Shown here: positions 9,874 to 20,005 of the stretch, in pieces
Layout of the letters: each line of letters starts with the position of its first letter
Numbering within the stretch: position 1 is the stretch's first letter
Sequence record: NC_054924.1
Strand: one strand, 5' to 3'
Length of the DNA stretch: 64,000 bases
Source of the DNA: Escherichia phage vB_EcoM_Lutter
Notes under the pieces: model-generated
What the model saw: only the letters and a program-made list of their open reading frames with translations
Databases searched by the model: none
What the model was told of the DNA's origin: nothing
Made by a program: the position numbers and the translations under genes

Positions 9874-9889
9874 AGGCCCAGAGGGCCCG
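9874..9889 (-). terminator. intrinsic terminator after nrdH
   Basis: GGCCC-UCU-GGGCC stem then UUUCUUUCU. Confidence 0.55.
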
Positions 9890-9891
9890 TC

Positions 9892-10200
9892 TTAGTCTTC
9901 TATGATATCTCTATCATATCCAAGTGAAATGAGAGTTTCTTTGAAGTGTTTAATGTTCTTTTGTCTAGAATCATTGATGAAAATGACTGGATAACGAATG
10001 TTAAGAGATGTGAATCCAGCGCGTTTAGCAAGAGATACAATCAGTGGACGATCATACTCAATCTTACCATTATTTGTAAGAACTTTATAGAAAGTAAAAG
10101 GAGCATTGAGCTCCTTTAGAAGTTTTGTAACTGATTGACATCCAGGACAACGACCTACTTCATCTGGAATTCCATAGACTTCAATCTTGTTTTGTTTCAC
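9892..10200 (-). CDS. nrdH: glutaredoxin-like protein NrdH
   Basis: 102 aa; CPGC redox motif; adjacent to nrdG/nrdD. Confidence 0.8.
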   Translation of the reverse strand: MKQNKIEVYGIPDEVGRCPGCQSVTKLLKELNAPFTFYKVLTNNGKIEYDRPLIVSLAKRAGFTSLNIRYPVIFINDSRQKNIKHFKETLISLGYDRDIIED

Positions 10201-10202
10201 AA

Positions 10203-10415
10203 CTATTCCTTACTAAGAGCAGCATTCAGCTTGTTAGTAATTTTATCCAGACGCTCATTGAACTCACTAGAAGATAGTCCTTTTTCTGGAGAAATCAAAC
10301 TAATCACGAAAAATATAGCAATAAAAGGAATAAGGAAAATAGCTCCAACTGCCATAAACAGAAAGAATGTTACAGTTGTAAGAAAATCAGCTAAACCTTT
10401 ACGAAATTTATACAT
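10203..10415 (-). CDS. small membrane protein (70 aa)
   Basis: Hydrophobic core TVTFFLFMAVGAIFLIPFIAIFFVISLI. Confidence 0.45.
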   Translation of the reverse strand: MYKFRKGLADFLTTVTFFLFMAVGAIFLIPFIAIFFVISLISPEKGLSSSEFNERLDKITNKLNAALSKE

Positions 10416-10530
10416 ATTTTACCCTTAATTGATTAACCAAGCATTGATAAGCACTAAACTATATTGGGAATAAAATTCTGGACCAAAATGAAAAATCATA
10501 TCATTTATAGTATCCATAATGTAATTCAAT

Positions 10531-11001
10531 TTAATCATGTTTCCACACCCCATCGGTATTTGACCAAAGCCGCTGATTATCTGATCCTCGCCACAGCTTT
10601 TTAGTCGGAAGATTTTTCTCATACTTCCCATCAATAATAACATCAACATATTTAAGCATTTCTAGCTGTTTAACATCTTCAAACTTATATCCTGTCCACA
10701 ACCAAATGCTTTTATTGGGATAAAGATTTTTTACTGTTTGAACAATGCAATGAATAACATCTCGGTTATCAGGATAGAGAGGGTCACCTCCAGTTATAGT
10801 CAATCCTTCTATATAATCATTATTCAAACATTCAATTAATTGCTCTAGTGTTTCACCAGTGAATGGAACGCCATTTCTAGCGTTCCATGTTGATTTATTA
10901 TAACACCCTTCACATTTATGCAAACAACCTGTAACGAAAAGAACGACCCTGCATCCAGGGCCATTCACAAAATCGCAAGGATAAAATCTATCATAATTCA
11001 T
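10531..11001 (-). CDS. nrdG: anaerobic ribonucleotide reductase activating protein (radical SAM)
   Basis: 156 aa; CxxxCxxC-type cluster GCLHKCEGCYN; 4-nt overlap with nrdD. Confidence 0.9.
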   Translation of the reverse strand: MNYDRFYPCDFVNGPGCRVVLFVTGCLHKCEGCYNKSTWNARNGVPFTGETLEQLIECLNNDYIEGLTITGGDPLYPDNRDVIHCIVQTVKNLYPNKSIWLWTGYKFEDVKQLEMLKYVDVIIDGKYEKNLPTKKLWRGSDNQRLWSNTDGVWKHD

Positions 11002-12815
11002 TGGTGTTTAACCCTATGCATGATTTCTTTATTTTTGCCGAGATTAAATCCACGTTCGTTCGGATTTCCCAAATAACCACAAGTTCTTCTTATTGTGTTC
11101 ATCTTTTTAGGATCAGTTTCTCCACAAATAGAACAAACAAACCCGTTTTCAGTAGGAGTCATTTCATGGGTACTTCCGCATGTAAAACACTTATCTACTG
11201 GCATATTAACACCAAAATAATCTAAATGCTGTGCAGCATAATCCCACACGGCCTCAAGACCTTTTAGGTTATTTTTCATATCAGGAAGTTCAACATAAGA
11301 AATGTGACCACCTGTCGCAATGAAATGATATGGCGCTTCACGAGAAATCTTTTCAAACGGAGTAATATTTTCTTCTACTGAAACATGGAAACTATTAGTG
11401 TACCAGCCTTTATCAGTAACATCCTTTACACTTCCATATTTCTCAGTATCAAGTTTACAGAAGCGATAGCACAGGTTTTCAGCAGGAGTAGAATACAAGC
11501 TAAAAGCAAAACCAGTTCTTTCAGTCCACTGCTTAAGACGAGCATTCATTTTAGTTAAAATTTCTCGTCCAATATCACGACCGACAAGAATATTCAATTC
11601 GTGAATACCAATGTATCCTAGGGACACTGAACTTCTACCGTTTTTAAATAACTCAATTATGTCGTCATCAGGTTTAAGACGAACCCCGAATGCACCTTCT
11701 TGGTAAAGAATAGGAGCAACAGTAGCTTTAACTCCTTTTAAGGAACTAATTCTACACATCAAAGCTTCAAAACATAAATCCATTCGTTCATTAAATAGCT
11801 CAACAAATTTCTGTTCATTGAATTGTGTTCCAATATAAGAATCTAACGCGATGCGAGGAAGATTCAGTGTTACAACACCAAGATTATTACGTCCATCAAG
11901 AATTTCATTACCAGTCGAATCTTTCCATACGCTCAAGAAACTACGGCAACCCATTGGAGAAACAGGAACAGATGAACCGGTGATAGCTTTATTGTTCTTA
12001 GCTGAAATAATATCAGGATACATTCTTTTGCTTGCACACTCTAGAGCAAGCTGCTTAATATCATAGTTCGGATCGTCTTTGTAAAGATTAACGCCTTCTT
12101 CGACGAACATAACAAGCTTAGGAAAAATAGGAGTTATCCCATCACGACCGAGACCTTTAATGCGGTTTTTAAGAATTGCCTTCTGAATCATTCGTTCAGT
12201 CCAGTCAGTTCCCGTACCAAATGTAATTGTTACAAAAGGAGTCTGTCCGTTTGAACTAAAGAGAGTATTTACTTCATATTCATAAGCTTGGAATGCATCG
12301 TATACGTCTTTTTCTGTTTTAGATTGAGCATAATTCAACGCATCAGCGATTTGCCATTTTTCTGCATCCTCAATATGTTTTGCATAGGTGCGTTTAACAT
12401 AAGGAGAAAGTACTTTATCTACATTCGCAAAAGTCGTTCCGCCATATTGGTGAGAAGCAACCTGTGCAGTAATTTGTGCCATAATTGCAGTAGCAACGCC
12501 AATTGATTTAGGAGTTTCAATCTGTGCATTACCTAGCTTAAATCCATTCTCAAGCATCCCCTTTAAATCTACTAAACAACAATTAGTAAAGGGCAATGAT
12601 ATACTGTAATCTAAATCATGAAAATGAATTAATCCAACATTATGGGCATTTACAATATGACTTGGAAGAATACGACAAGCGATATGTTTAGAAACAATAC
12701 CGGCCATTAAATCTCTTTTTGTTGGAAAGACACGAGAATCTTTGTTGGCGTTTTCGGTATTTAATTCTTTATCTTTATTTGAAATAAAATTTAAAACATC
12801 TTTCTCTAAAGACAT
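10998..12815 (-). CDS. nrdD: anaerobic ribonucleoside-triphosphate reductase; uninterrupted (no intron)
   Basis: 605 aa continuous ORF; C-terminal CxxC zinc site and glycyl-radical region. Confidence 0.93.
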   Translation of the reverse strand: MSLEKDVLNFISNKDKELNTENANKDSRVFPTKRDLMAGIVSKHIACRILPSHIVNAHNVGLIHFHDLDYSISLPFTNCCLVDLKGMLENGFKLGNAQIETPKSIGVATAIMAQITAQVASHQYGGTTFANVDKVLSPYVKRTYAKHIEDAEKWQIADALNYAQSKTEKDVYDAFQAYEYEVNTLFSSNGQTPFVTITFGTGTDWTERMIQKAILKNRIKGLGRDGITPIFPKLVMFVEEGVNLYKDDPNYDIKQLALECASKRMYPDIISAKNNKAITGSSVPVSPMGCRSFLSVWKDSTGNEILDGRNNLGVVTLNLPRIALDSYIGTQFNEQKFVELFNERMDLCFEALMCRISSLKGVKATVAPILYQEGAFGVRLKPDDDIIELFKNGRSSVSLGYIGIHELNILVGRDIGREILTKMNARLKQWTERTGFAFSLYSTPAENLCYRFCKLDTEKYGSVKDVTDKGWYTNSFHVSVEENITPFEKISREAPYHFIATGGHISYVELPDMKNNLKGLEAVWDYAAQHLDYFGVNMPVDKCFTCGSTHEMTPTENGFVCSICGETDPKKMNTIRRTCGYLGNPNERGFNLGKNKEIMHRVKHQ

Positions 12816-13627
12816 AATTCTAATTTATCCTTTTGAAATTCTTCGTCTAAATATGGGTTCCAACCCATTTTAAACCTTTTGATGAAATTATCAATTCTAA
12901 ATTTCGGTAAGTTTAAATCCGCAAAAATAGATGATTTACTTTTAAAATCTGGACCTAAATAATCATATAAAATTTCTGCGTATTTTAACCATAATATACA
13001 AGTACCAGATTTAATTGCGTTCGGATGTTTCCAAGGTTTTACACCATACATCGGATTTCCACTTCCTTTATGCCTGATAGAAGATGAAATTCCAATTTTA
13101 ATTTTAGCTTCCTTTGTATGCGAAAATCCACGATGCGGATTTTCTTTCCAGTATTTTTTAGAAGCTTCTGATATTTTCTTTCTGGCTAAATTAGTATGAT
13201 GCTTTCCATAAAATCCATGATTTTTGCCTTTATTACGATTTCTTTTAATCATGGTTATTGATTGCTTTTCTCTAGTTTCTTTAGAAGGAGAAACACCGTA
13301 CGTTGTAAATTGACCATCAGCATATGCTAAATTAAAATACTCTTTATTCCATACATCTTTTTCTATATTCTTTTGAAATTCAGCTTCAATGCTAGTTATT
13401 TGTTCATCTCCGACTAATTGAAAATATAATATTTCAACTTTCGGCGTTTCTTTCAATAAGGCTTTTTGAAATTCGGAAGATGACGAAGACGAATAATAAA
13501 ATTTACCATTTTTATCAATAATATTCGTTCCATCAAAAGTGCAATTGGTTTTACTTCCAATGTAATAATATGGTGGGGTTTTAGCATTAATTCTATTAAT
13601 AAATGATAGTTTATATACTACGTTCAT
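12806..13627 (-). CDS. free-standing GIY-YIG homing endonuclease
   Basis: 273 aa; VVYKLSF...YYYIGSK then NUMOD-like repeats (NRNKGKNHGFYGKHH, GSGNPMYG); wedged between 49 and nrdD. Confidence 0.6.
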   Translation of the reverse strand: MNVVYKLSFINRINAKTPPYYYIGSKTNCTFDGTNIIDKNGKFYYSSSSSSEFQKALLKETPKVEILYFQLVGDEQITSIEAEFQKNIEKDVWNKEYFNLAYADGQFTTYGVSPSKETREKQSITMIKRNRNKGKNHGFYGKHHTNLARKKISEASKKYWKENPHRGFSHTKEAKIKIGISSSIRHKGSGNPMYGVKPWKHPNAIKSGTCILWLKYAEILYDYLGPDFKSKSSIFADLNLPKFRIDNFIKRFKMGWNPYLDEEFQKDKLELCL

Positions 13628-14097
13628 TTTAAACTCTTTCTAAGCTGCTTCTTAAATGAAGCTATTAACTGTGTTTTGGTGTCAGATTCATTATATTCAA
13701 ATCCTCTTTGAAGCATCTCGGCCATCATTTCCTCTTTTCCTAAACGAGAAAATTCCTTTGATTTATCTCCAACAAAGTTAGGGTGAATATTATTTTGGGT
13801 GTAATCGGATTTTAAATAAGTAAGTAAATTTTCTAACCATTCAAGATAATCAACACCTTGTCCCTTTAAGCCAGAACGATTAAATTTATGTTTCATTTGA
13901 CCTTCTGCGGCATTGCAGAGATTACAAAGCAATCCACGTACCTTTCCTGCTTTTGGTCCATTTAATTCATGGTCATGGTCGAGGTGATTAGCTTGAACAT
14001 CAGGATTTAGTTCTCGTTGGCAAATTAAGCATTTACCGTTTTGTGCATCATAAAATTTCTGTTTTTCTTCTTTATATAATTTGCCAGTCAATAACAT
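13624..14097 (-). CDS. 49: endonuclease VII (Holliday junction resolvase)
   Basis: 157 aa; zinc motif CLICQ...HLDHDHE...CNLCN; T4 gp49 length. Confidence 0.9.
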   Translation of the reverse strand: MLLTGKLYKEEKQKFYDAQNGKCLICQRELNPDVQANHLDHDHELNGPKAGKVRGLLCNLCNAAEGQMKHKFNRSGLKGQGVDYLEWLENLLTYLKSDYTQNNIHPNFVGDKSKEFSRLGKEEMMAEMLQRGFEYNESDTKTQLIASFKKQLRKSLK

Positions 14098-14138
14098 AAT
14101 AAACCCTTACCTTAAATAGATAAGGGTATTTATTATTT

Positions 14139-14642
14139 TCAAGTATTGTAAAACATTTGATTCAATCGCTTATATTGCCGAATCTTTTGGTCAGAAAAAG
14201 AAATTTGGGTTTCAAGCCATTCAATATATTCTGCCGCAGCTTGCATCAGGTTACCTTCATAGCCATCGTTATTTTCTTGTGCAGCTAATTTAGCTAATGC
14301 GTATGAAATACGTTCACCTTGAAAATCGGCTTTAGGCTTCTGAACAACTTGATTAGTTCGCTCTACAACTTCTTCAATTTCGCCATTTTCTACTGATTCA
14401 GTATTCCACAAGCACCAATACGTAATTGGCTTATCATAGATGTTAATAATCTTTCCGTCGGAAAGTTCAATTTCAATAATTCCAGTATCAGGCTCTATAT
14501 CATCTTCACATTCTTTTGCAAGTTCACGAACTTTAAAGACAGTACCTGCACTAAGTTCCGGCCAGTAATTACACAGCCCTGTATCAGCACGATTAATTCT
14601 AAACCACTTATCTACTGTAATCATGTCCCATCTCCATATCAA
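14139..14642 (-). CDS. hypothetical acidic protein (167 aa)
   Basis: ORF between 49 and nrdC. Confidence 0.5.
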   Translation of the reverse strand: MIWRWDMITVDKWFRINRADTGLCNYWPELSAGTVFKVRELAKECEDDIEPDTGIIEIELSDGKIINIYDKPITYWCLWNTESVENGEIEEVVERTNQVVQKPKADFQGERISYALAKLAAQENNDGYEGNLMQAAAEYIEWLETQISFSDQKIRQYKRLNQMFYNT

Positions 14643-14746
14643 TTAAGTCATTTATCGTTGGTTCATTATATACTGTTTCTTCATCAGTGTAAACCGGTTC
14701 TTCCGGCTCTGGCTCTACAGTTTCCCATCTAACCGCCCACCAAGGT

Positions 14747-14956
14747 TTAACCCCGAAGCTTATTAAGTTCTTCATAATCAATCCAGGATTCTAGTCCTGA
14801 TGGCAAATCAGATTCAATTTCCCAAAGAAGCTCTTCAATTTTCTGAAGACGATCTAGTTCTTCGGCTGGAATAGTAACCATTGACGGAGTTCTTGATACA
14901 CTAATATCGTAAATCATATTTACCCCAGTTTGACCATACAATCGCCATATTTCCAT
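14747..14956 (-). CDS. hypothetical protein (69 aa)
   Basis: ORF. Confidence 0.4.
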   Translation of the reverse strand: MEIWRLYGQTGVNMIYDISVSRTPSMVTIPAEELDRLQKIEELLWEIESDLPSGLESWIDYEELNKLRG

Positions 14957-15135
14957 TTAGAAATAGACTTTTCACCGTTAGAATAATAAACTTCGAGTTT
15001 AGCACGGTTATTTTTAATTTGAATAACTTTGGCTGTCATCAAAGTTCCATACCCGTAATAAACTGCAACCTCATCACCTACATATACCGCGCTTCCGCGG
15101 TAGTCATGGATATAATCAGTTCCTTCGAGAATCAT
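14920..15135 (-). CDS. hypothetical protein (71 aa)
   Basis: ORF. Confidence 0.4.
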   Translation of the reverse strand: MILEGTDYIHDYRGSAVYVGDEVAVYYGYGTLMTAKVIQIKNNRAKLEVYYSNGEKSISKWKYGDCMVKLG

Positions 15136-15395
15136 TTAAAGTATTCCCGCAATTTGTCAAATCCACCAATATAACTTCCATCAGGAGCAAATACCTGGGG
15201 CATTGTCAAGCCGATTTGAGTATCACGACCTAGTTTAGTCAGAAGCTCAGCGATTTTCTCATCATCAAAAACACCTTTTTCCGGCATAATGTTGATAAAT
15301 TCAAACGGTTGTTTCTTCACTGTCAAAAGACGTTTTGCATTATCGCAATACACACATTTGTGGATGTTGCTATCATAACCATATACTTTAAACAT
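15132..15395 (-). CDS. nrdC: phage thioredoxin/glutaredoxin
   Basis: 87 aa; VYCDNA redox motif; T4 NrdC length. Confidence 0.85.
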   Translation of the reverse strand: MFKVYGYDSNIHKCVYCDNAKRLLTVKKQPFEFINIMPEKGVFDDEKIAELLTKLGRDTQIGLTMPQVFAPDGSYIGGFDKLREYFK

Positions 15396-15396
15396 A

Positions 15397-15639
15397 TTAT
15401 TCCTTAATTCCTAGTACTTGTTTAAAAGTCTCGTCGTAATCAAGACTTTGGCCCGTTTGTTCTTTATGTTTGTATATAATATCACTTACTTCTGATAGCA
15501 TATTTTTATATGAACGAGTTAAAGCAGATTTAAGCACGCTGTATCTATCAGGAAATTTACCGTGTTCATTATAATAAGCTATTGCTAATTCACGGACTGC
15601 CTTTTCAGCAGTCTCCATATATTCTTTACGCTTGGTCAT
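15397..15639 (-). CDS. hypothetical protein (80 aa)
   Basis: ORF. Confidence 0.5.
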
Positions 15640-15641
15640 TT

Positions 15642-16031
15642 TTAATCCAAAATATTATTAGGCATTGGTTGAACACTCGCAAGTTCTTTAAAGAACTCAG
15701 TAGAGTCAGGTAATTTAACCATTTCCGGAGCATGCTTACTAAATTTATGTTTGCAATGACGGCATTTATATTCAAGTTCCGGTTTACGCCAGTTAATCAA
15801 TTGAACTTGTTCAGTACCGCATTCAGGACAATTAGGAACGTTTTTAGAAGCCCTTTCGCGACGTTTAACCATAACCATAATAGCATCCCAGGCTGGAGGT
15901 TTAAAATCTAAATCATCACAACCATGAATCTTTCCGCGCATTTCCAGATCGTCTTCTTCACCAGCCATAATAATTTTAATTAGACTGGAATTACTTGAAG
16001 CTGCAATATCTTCTAATAGACGCTTTTTCAT
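15642..16031 (-). CDS. zinc-ribbon protein (129 aa)
   Basis: CPECG...CRHCKH four-cysteine motif. Confidence 0.5.
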
Positions 16032-16957
16032 TTCAATACCTCAATAGCATTACGTAAACCATTTGCTTTTGCATTAAGAGCTTTTAACAATTTAGTGTGT
16101 TCGGCAATCTGAGCTTCAACTTCAACTAGTCGAGATTTGAGGTATTCACGTTCTTCGCTCAAGTTATCAATCTTTTCTACTTTAGGCTCTTTTACAACTG
16201 TCTTATATGTATTAGGGTTCTTCAGTTTAATTAAAATGCGTGAACTGTATAACATTGAACCATTATCTTCGGTTTCGTCATACATTTCTACTACGTCCAT
16301 GATTTTTAACATCATGCGGAGTTTATAAGATAACGAACGAATAGTTTTGTTGTGCTTATTAATTTCTCTAGAGTTCATGGTGCCGAGATTACGTGAGTAA
16401 TAATAAGGAACCTGGATATTAATTAATACTGATGAACCACCTGGCTTGTGTGTTACTTCATCAGCAATAACCCAATCCTTAACATGAACTGTATTTGTAC
16501 GGTCATCGCCCGCGGTAAATAGTTTGCGAGCATGCTTAAAAAGCATATTCACTTGGTCATTGAATTGACAAGCAAATTTATCAGCAAATTTAGTTTCAGG
16601 AATGGTAGATAACCAATCAGCCAAATGGGTCTTTTTAACATCGTTAACAATAGTAAATTCAACCAAATCAGTTATAGATGTCTCAGATTTAATAAAGCTC
16701 GGCTTCATAAAGTTTTTAATGTTATCGCGAGCTACAGTAGAAGATAACATACGAGAACGTTTAAACCATTGAAGCAAATTGCCCAACGAATGAGAATAAG
16801 CGTTTTGAGTATCTTTACAGATATGATTTTCCTGGCCAACATATTGAAGGAAATCACGAAGAATATTATTGATTACTGCTCTGTGTCCGATCTGATAATT
16901 ACGGTGTTTAGTAATAAGACTGTCAAAATAATCAATATAATGTTTACGAGTTTTCAT
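16028..16957 (-). CDS. hypothetical protein with C-terminal coiled coil (array member 1)
   Basis: 309 aa; C-terminal heptad-rich helix. Confidence 0.55.
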   Translation of the reverse strand: MKTRKHYIDYFDSLITKHRNYQIGHRAVINNILRDFLQYVGQENHICKDTQNAYSHSLGNLLQWFKRSRMLSSTVARDNIKNFMKPSFIKSETSITDLVEFTIVNDVKKTHLADWLSTIPETKFADKFACQFNDQVNMLFKHARKLFTAGDDRTNTVHVKDWVIADEVTHKPGGSSVLINIQVPYYYSRNLGTMNSREINKHNKTIRSLSYKLRMMLKIMDVVEMYDETEDNGSMLYSSRILIKLKNPNTYKTVVKEPKVEKIDNLSEEREYLKSRLVEVEAQIAEHTKLLKALNAKANGLRNAIEVLK

Positions 16958-17009
16958 GTTCTTCTCACTTGGTTAATGATTTATACTCCGAGCCATCCTT
17001 GGCTTTAAA

Positions 17010-18011
17010 TTACTTAATTAACTGTAAAGCTTGTTCCAGACGATCAAGACGATTAACAGATTCTTCCCAAATCCTTTTAGCCTGCTCATATTCTTTCTGC
17101 GCTTTATTAGAAATTTCTAGAACTTCTTTATAAGCTTTTTCTAGTGCAATAACTTCTGGACGAATTTCTACCGGTTCAGGTGAATCGTCAAGACATTCCA
17201 TTAGTTCCTCAAGGGTAGTTTCTTCTTTAGGAGTATTCACAATTTCATCACATTTTTGTTGGTAAATTTCTTTATCAGTAGGTGAATAAGCACATTTCAC
17301 TTCACGAAGACTAATTACAATTTTATATCCTTCCCAACCGCATATATTCTTAAAAGGATAAGTATGAATATTTTCTACTGTTTCCATACAAAGTAATGCG
17401 GTCTCTAATTGACGAGTTATAGTGCTAGCAATTGAGAAAAATTTATTAATATTCTTTTGGTTAGTTTCTGGTGTAAAAAATCCATAATTCACAAAAATAG
17501 ATACTTTATTTTTATCAAGTTCATATTCTTTTACGATAATCATATCAGAAGCCAAAGGATGAATTTGACGATAATCGCCATAACATAATTTAGAAGCTGA
17601 TTTTAGAATCTGTCCTTTGAAAAGTCTGAAATTACTAATCCAACGACGAGTAAAAATATTCTCAGGGTCTTCTTTATTATTAAGATGATAAGAATTAACA
17701 TCACCGAACCAATTATATCCTACTACATCTTTAGTTCGTTTAATTTCTTTCCCAAAATTACCAAGAATATCCCGATTAACCAAATATGAAAGAAGACGAG
17801 ACTCTTTAAAGGTTTTCTTGATAACATCTTTATCTACACGACTAGAAATTTTACGAATTTCATGAATAAATTTAGTAGAAGAAACAATACTTGCATCAAC
17901 ACTATTGAGCCATTGATTGATAATAGAAAGAACGATATTTTGACCAAACATCGGTATAGCTTTATCATCAATAACGCTATTGAATGATTTGATATATTCG
18001 TTACGAGTCAT
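17010..18011 (-). CDS. hypothetical protein with C-terminal coiled coil (array member 2); start trimmed to MTRNEY
   Basis: Track ORF extended over the upstream promoter; GAGGAG ribosome-binding site before ATG at 18011. Confidence 0.55.
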   Translation of the reverse strand: MTRNEYIKSFNSVIDDKAIPMFGQNIVLSIINQWLNSVDASIVSSTKFIHEIRKISSRVDKDVIKKTFKESRLLSYLVNRDILGNFGKEIKRTKDVVGYNWFGDVNSYHLNNKEDPENIFTRRWISNFRLFKGQILKSASKLCYGDYRQIHPLASDMIIVKEYELDKNKVSIFVNYGFFTPETNQKNINKFFSIASTITRQLETALLCMETVENIHTYPFKNICGWEGYKIVISLREVKCAYSPTDKEIYQQKCDEIVNTPKEETTLEELMECLDDSPEPVEIRPEVIALEKAYKEVLEISNKAQKEYEQAKRIWEESVNRLDRLEQALQLIK

Positions 18012-18039
18012 ATTAATCTCCTCAGTAGAAAGTAAGAGC

Positions 18040-18068
18040 ATTATACCACATCCTTGTGGCAAAGTAAA
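18040..18068 (-). promoter_or_regulatory. early promoter
   Basis: TTTACT-17-TGG-TATAAT upstream of coiled-coil gene 2. Confidence 0.6.
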
Positions 18069-19094
18069 CTAGTTCAGTGCATTTAGTGCATTGTTCAGTT
18101 TAGAACGTTGCTTTGTCAGATTTTGAACCCTTGACTGAGCTTGTTTTAACACCTTTTCAGCTTCTAGCACTTCATTAGTTGCTTTAACGAGTTCATCATC
18201 TACTGCCTTAAGAGACTTCTCAATCGCATCCGCGTGCCATTTTTCAACAGGTTTAAGACTCGGATTTTCAACAGGAAGAAAATTCACTTTATTGAATTTC
18301 CATGCATCTTTATTACCTGAACTATACATCCAAAATTTAGGATCGTTTGATAAGTAATTGGATAAATTTAAATTTAAGTTATCTTGTACTTCCTGCTTTT
18401 TCTCTTGCGGGACTTCGTCCTTTCTCAAAAATTCATATTTAAATGAAACGATCATATCAAGTTCATATGATGTTGTATCTAACTTAAATCGTTCAAAACG
18501 AGGTAAAATCTTAGATTGAACAGCAGCAACAACATCCATATACTTAAATGCTTCTGTCAACTGTGATTTAAGGCATTCACAAATTGAAAGAGAATTTTTT
18601 GTATTAGGTTTAAAGCTAATTCGTGCAGTTCTATTATTTTCTTTTAACGGTCTTACTTCCATCTGAAGAGTATAACCATCAAATTTCAGGTTCTTTAAGT
18701 TAATATCAGAACCTTTTAATCGACTAGCAGTAGACAAAATTTGCTTTAATTGTTTACGGAATAGAGCAATAAATCTCCATTCAAGACGATAATGATTTGG
18801 ATTGAAAAATCCAGATGATAAATCAACCTTACTTTGACCAACGCCTTGAACAAATAGAGGATTTTTATAATCAATAGTTTTACAGAAATCGGTGAGCTGC
18901 TCACGAGCAGTCATTTGTGTAATATACCCAGCTTTACTAAAATGACGTAACCATTCACTGCTATTCATATACTTAAAGTGAATATCACGATTAACTTTAT
19001 CAGGGTCTAAATTATTTTGGCACAAAAATGTCATAACATCACGAGTATAGCTGGCATTACGAACCATATCTTCAATTTGAGAACGAGTTTTCAT
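18069..19094 (-). CDS. hypothetical protein with C-terminal coiled coil (array member 3)
   Basis: 341 aa. Confidence 0.55.
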   Translation of the reverse strand: MKTRSQIEDMVRNASYTRDVMTFLCQNNLDPDKVNRDIHFKYMNSSEWLRHFSKAGYITQMTAREQLTDFCKTIDYKNPLFVQGVGQSKVDLSSGFFNPNHYRLEWRFIALFRKQLKQILSTASRLKGSDINLKNLKFDGYTLQMEVRPLKENNRTARISFKPNTKNSLSICECLKSQLTEAFKYMDVVAAVQSKILPRFERFKLDTTSYELDMIVSFKYEFLRKDEVPQEKKQEVQDNLNLNLSNYLSNDPKFWMYSSGNKDAWKFNKVNFLPVENPSLKPVEKWHADAIEKSLKAVDDELVKATNEVLEAEKVLKQAQSRVQNLTKQRSKLNNALNALN

Positions 19095-19102
19095 GGTGTT
19101 CC

Positions 19103-20005
19103 TTAAGATTTAAGTAAATCAACAATTTTAATTAATTTTTCACGCTCAGATTTAGCTTTACTACTCAATCCAGATAGTCTGAAAATTTCATCGTCATACT
19201 GTTGAATAGAAATATTCAGCTCTTCAATTTGCTTATTAAAATAATCAATTTGCTCAGAATGTTTTTCATTACTGCGAACTGGTACAGGTTTTGTAGGCAA
19301 TTTAGTTAAACTGGATTCATCCGGGCGATAAATTAAAATACAACTTGAACCAATCGGGCATTTAGCACCAGACACATATTCTAATGTTCCGGCTTCTTTT
19401 AAAACTTCAAAAGCTAAACAGAGATGATGCCCCATATTAACATAATCTGTAGAGCGAGCTCTGACGTAATAATCATCGCCGCGAATACTAAATTTAAAGC
19501 ATTTAAGGTCTTCTGTATTATTGGTCTTAAAAATCATTTGTTTATCTAGACCTTTAGCTAATCGAGCGCCTAATGCTAATAATCGTCGTTGATTTTCCCA
19601 CAAATCTGCGATCATTTGGTCAAATGATAATTTCGGCATTAGTCGACCGTAAAGATCATAGCCTTTATTATAATTGCGAAGAATTTCACTTGCATTAATA
19701 CGAGACAATGCTCCAATTTTATTAAGGGCTTTCATAATGCGATTAGATAAACCCATTCCAGACCCGTTTGTTCGCTGCAAATGTTTTTCTAATCCAAATC
19801 CAATATCAACTTTAAATTTATCTAAAATTTCAGCATGAACATCTCTGTCAATAACATTCAAATCCAAAGTTGGGTTAAATCTATGAAAAAATTTATCTGG
19901 CTCTCCACGACGAAGTACAGTCCATTCATTTAATTTTTTATTAGCTAAAGATTTAATTACTGCATTGACATTATTAATTACTACTGACATATTTTCCTCA
20001 CTCAA
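19103..20005 (-). CDS. hypothetical protein with C-terminal coiled coil (array member 4)
   Basis: 300 aa. Confidence 0.55.
   Translation of the reverse strand: MSEENMSVVINNVNAVIKSLANKKLNEWTVLRRGEPDKFFHRFNPTLDLNVIDRDVHAEILDKFKVDIGFGLEKHLQRTNGSGMGLSNRIMKALNKIGALSRINASEILRNYNKGYDLYGRLMPKLSFDQMIADLWENQRRLLALGARLAKGLDKQMIFKTNNTEDLKCFKFSIRGDDYYVRARSTDYVNMGHHLCLAFEVLKEAGTLEYVSGAKCPIGSSCILIYRPDESSLTKLPTKPVPVRSNEKHSEQIDYFNKQIEELNISIQQYDDEIFRLSGLSSKAKSEREKLIKIVDLLKS

Noticed and set aside
10425-10649. 74-aa minus-strand ORF overlapping the 3' part of nrdG
   Set aside because: Out-of-frame overlap with the well-supported nrdG ORF; no independent start signals.
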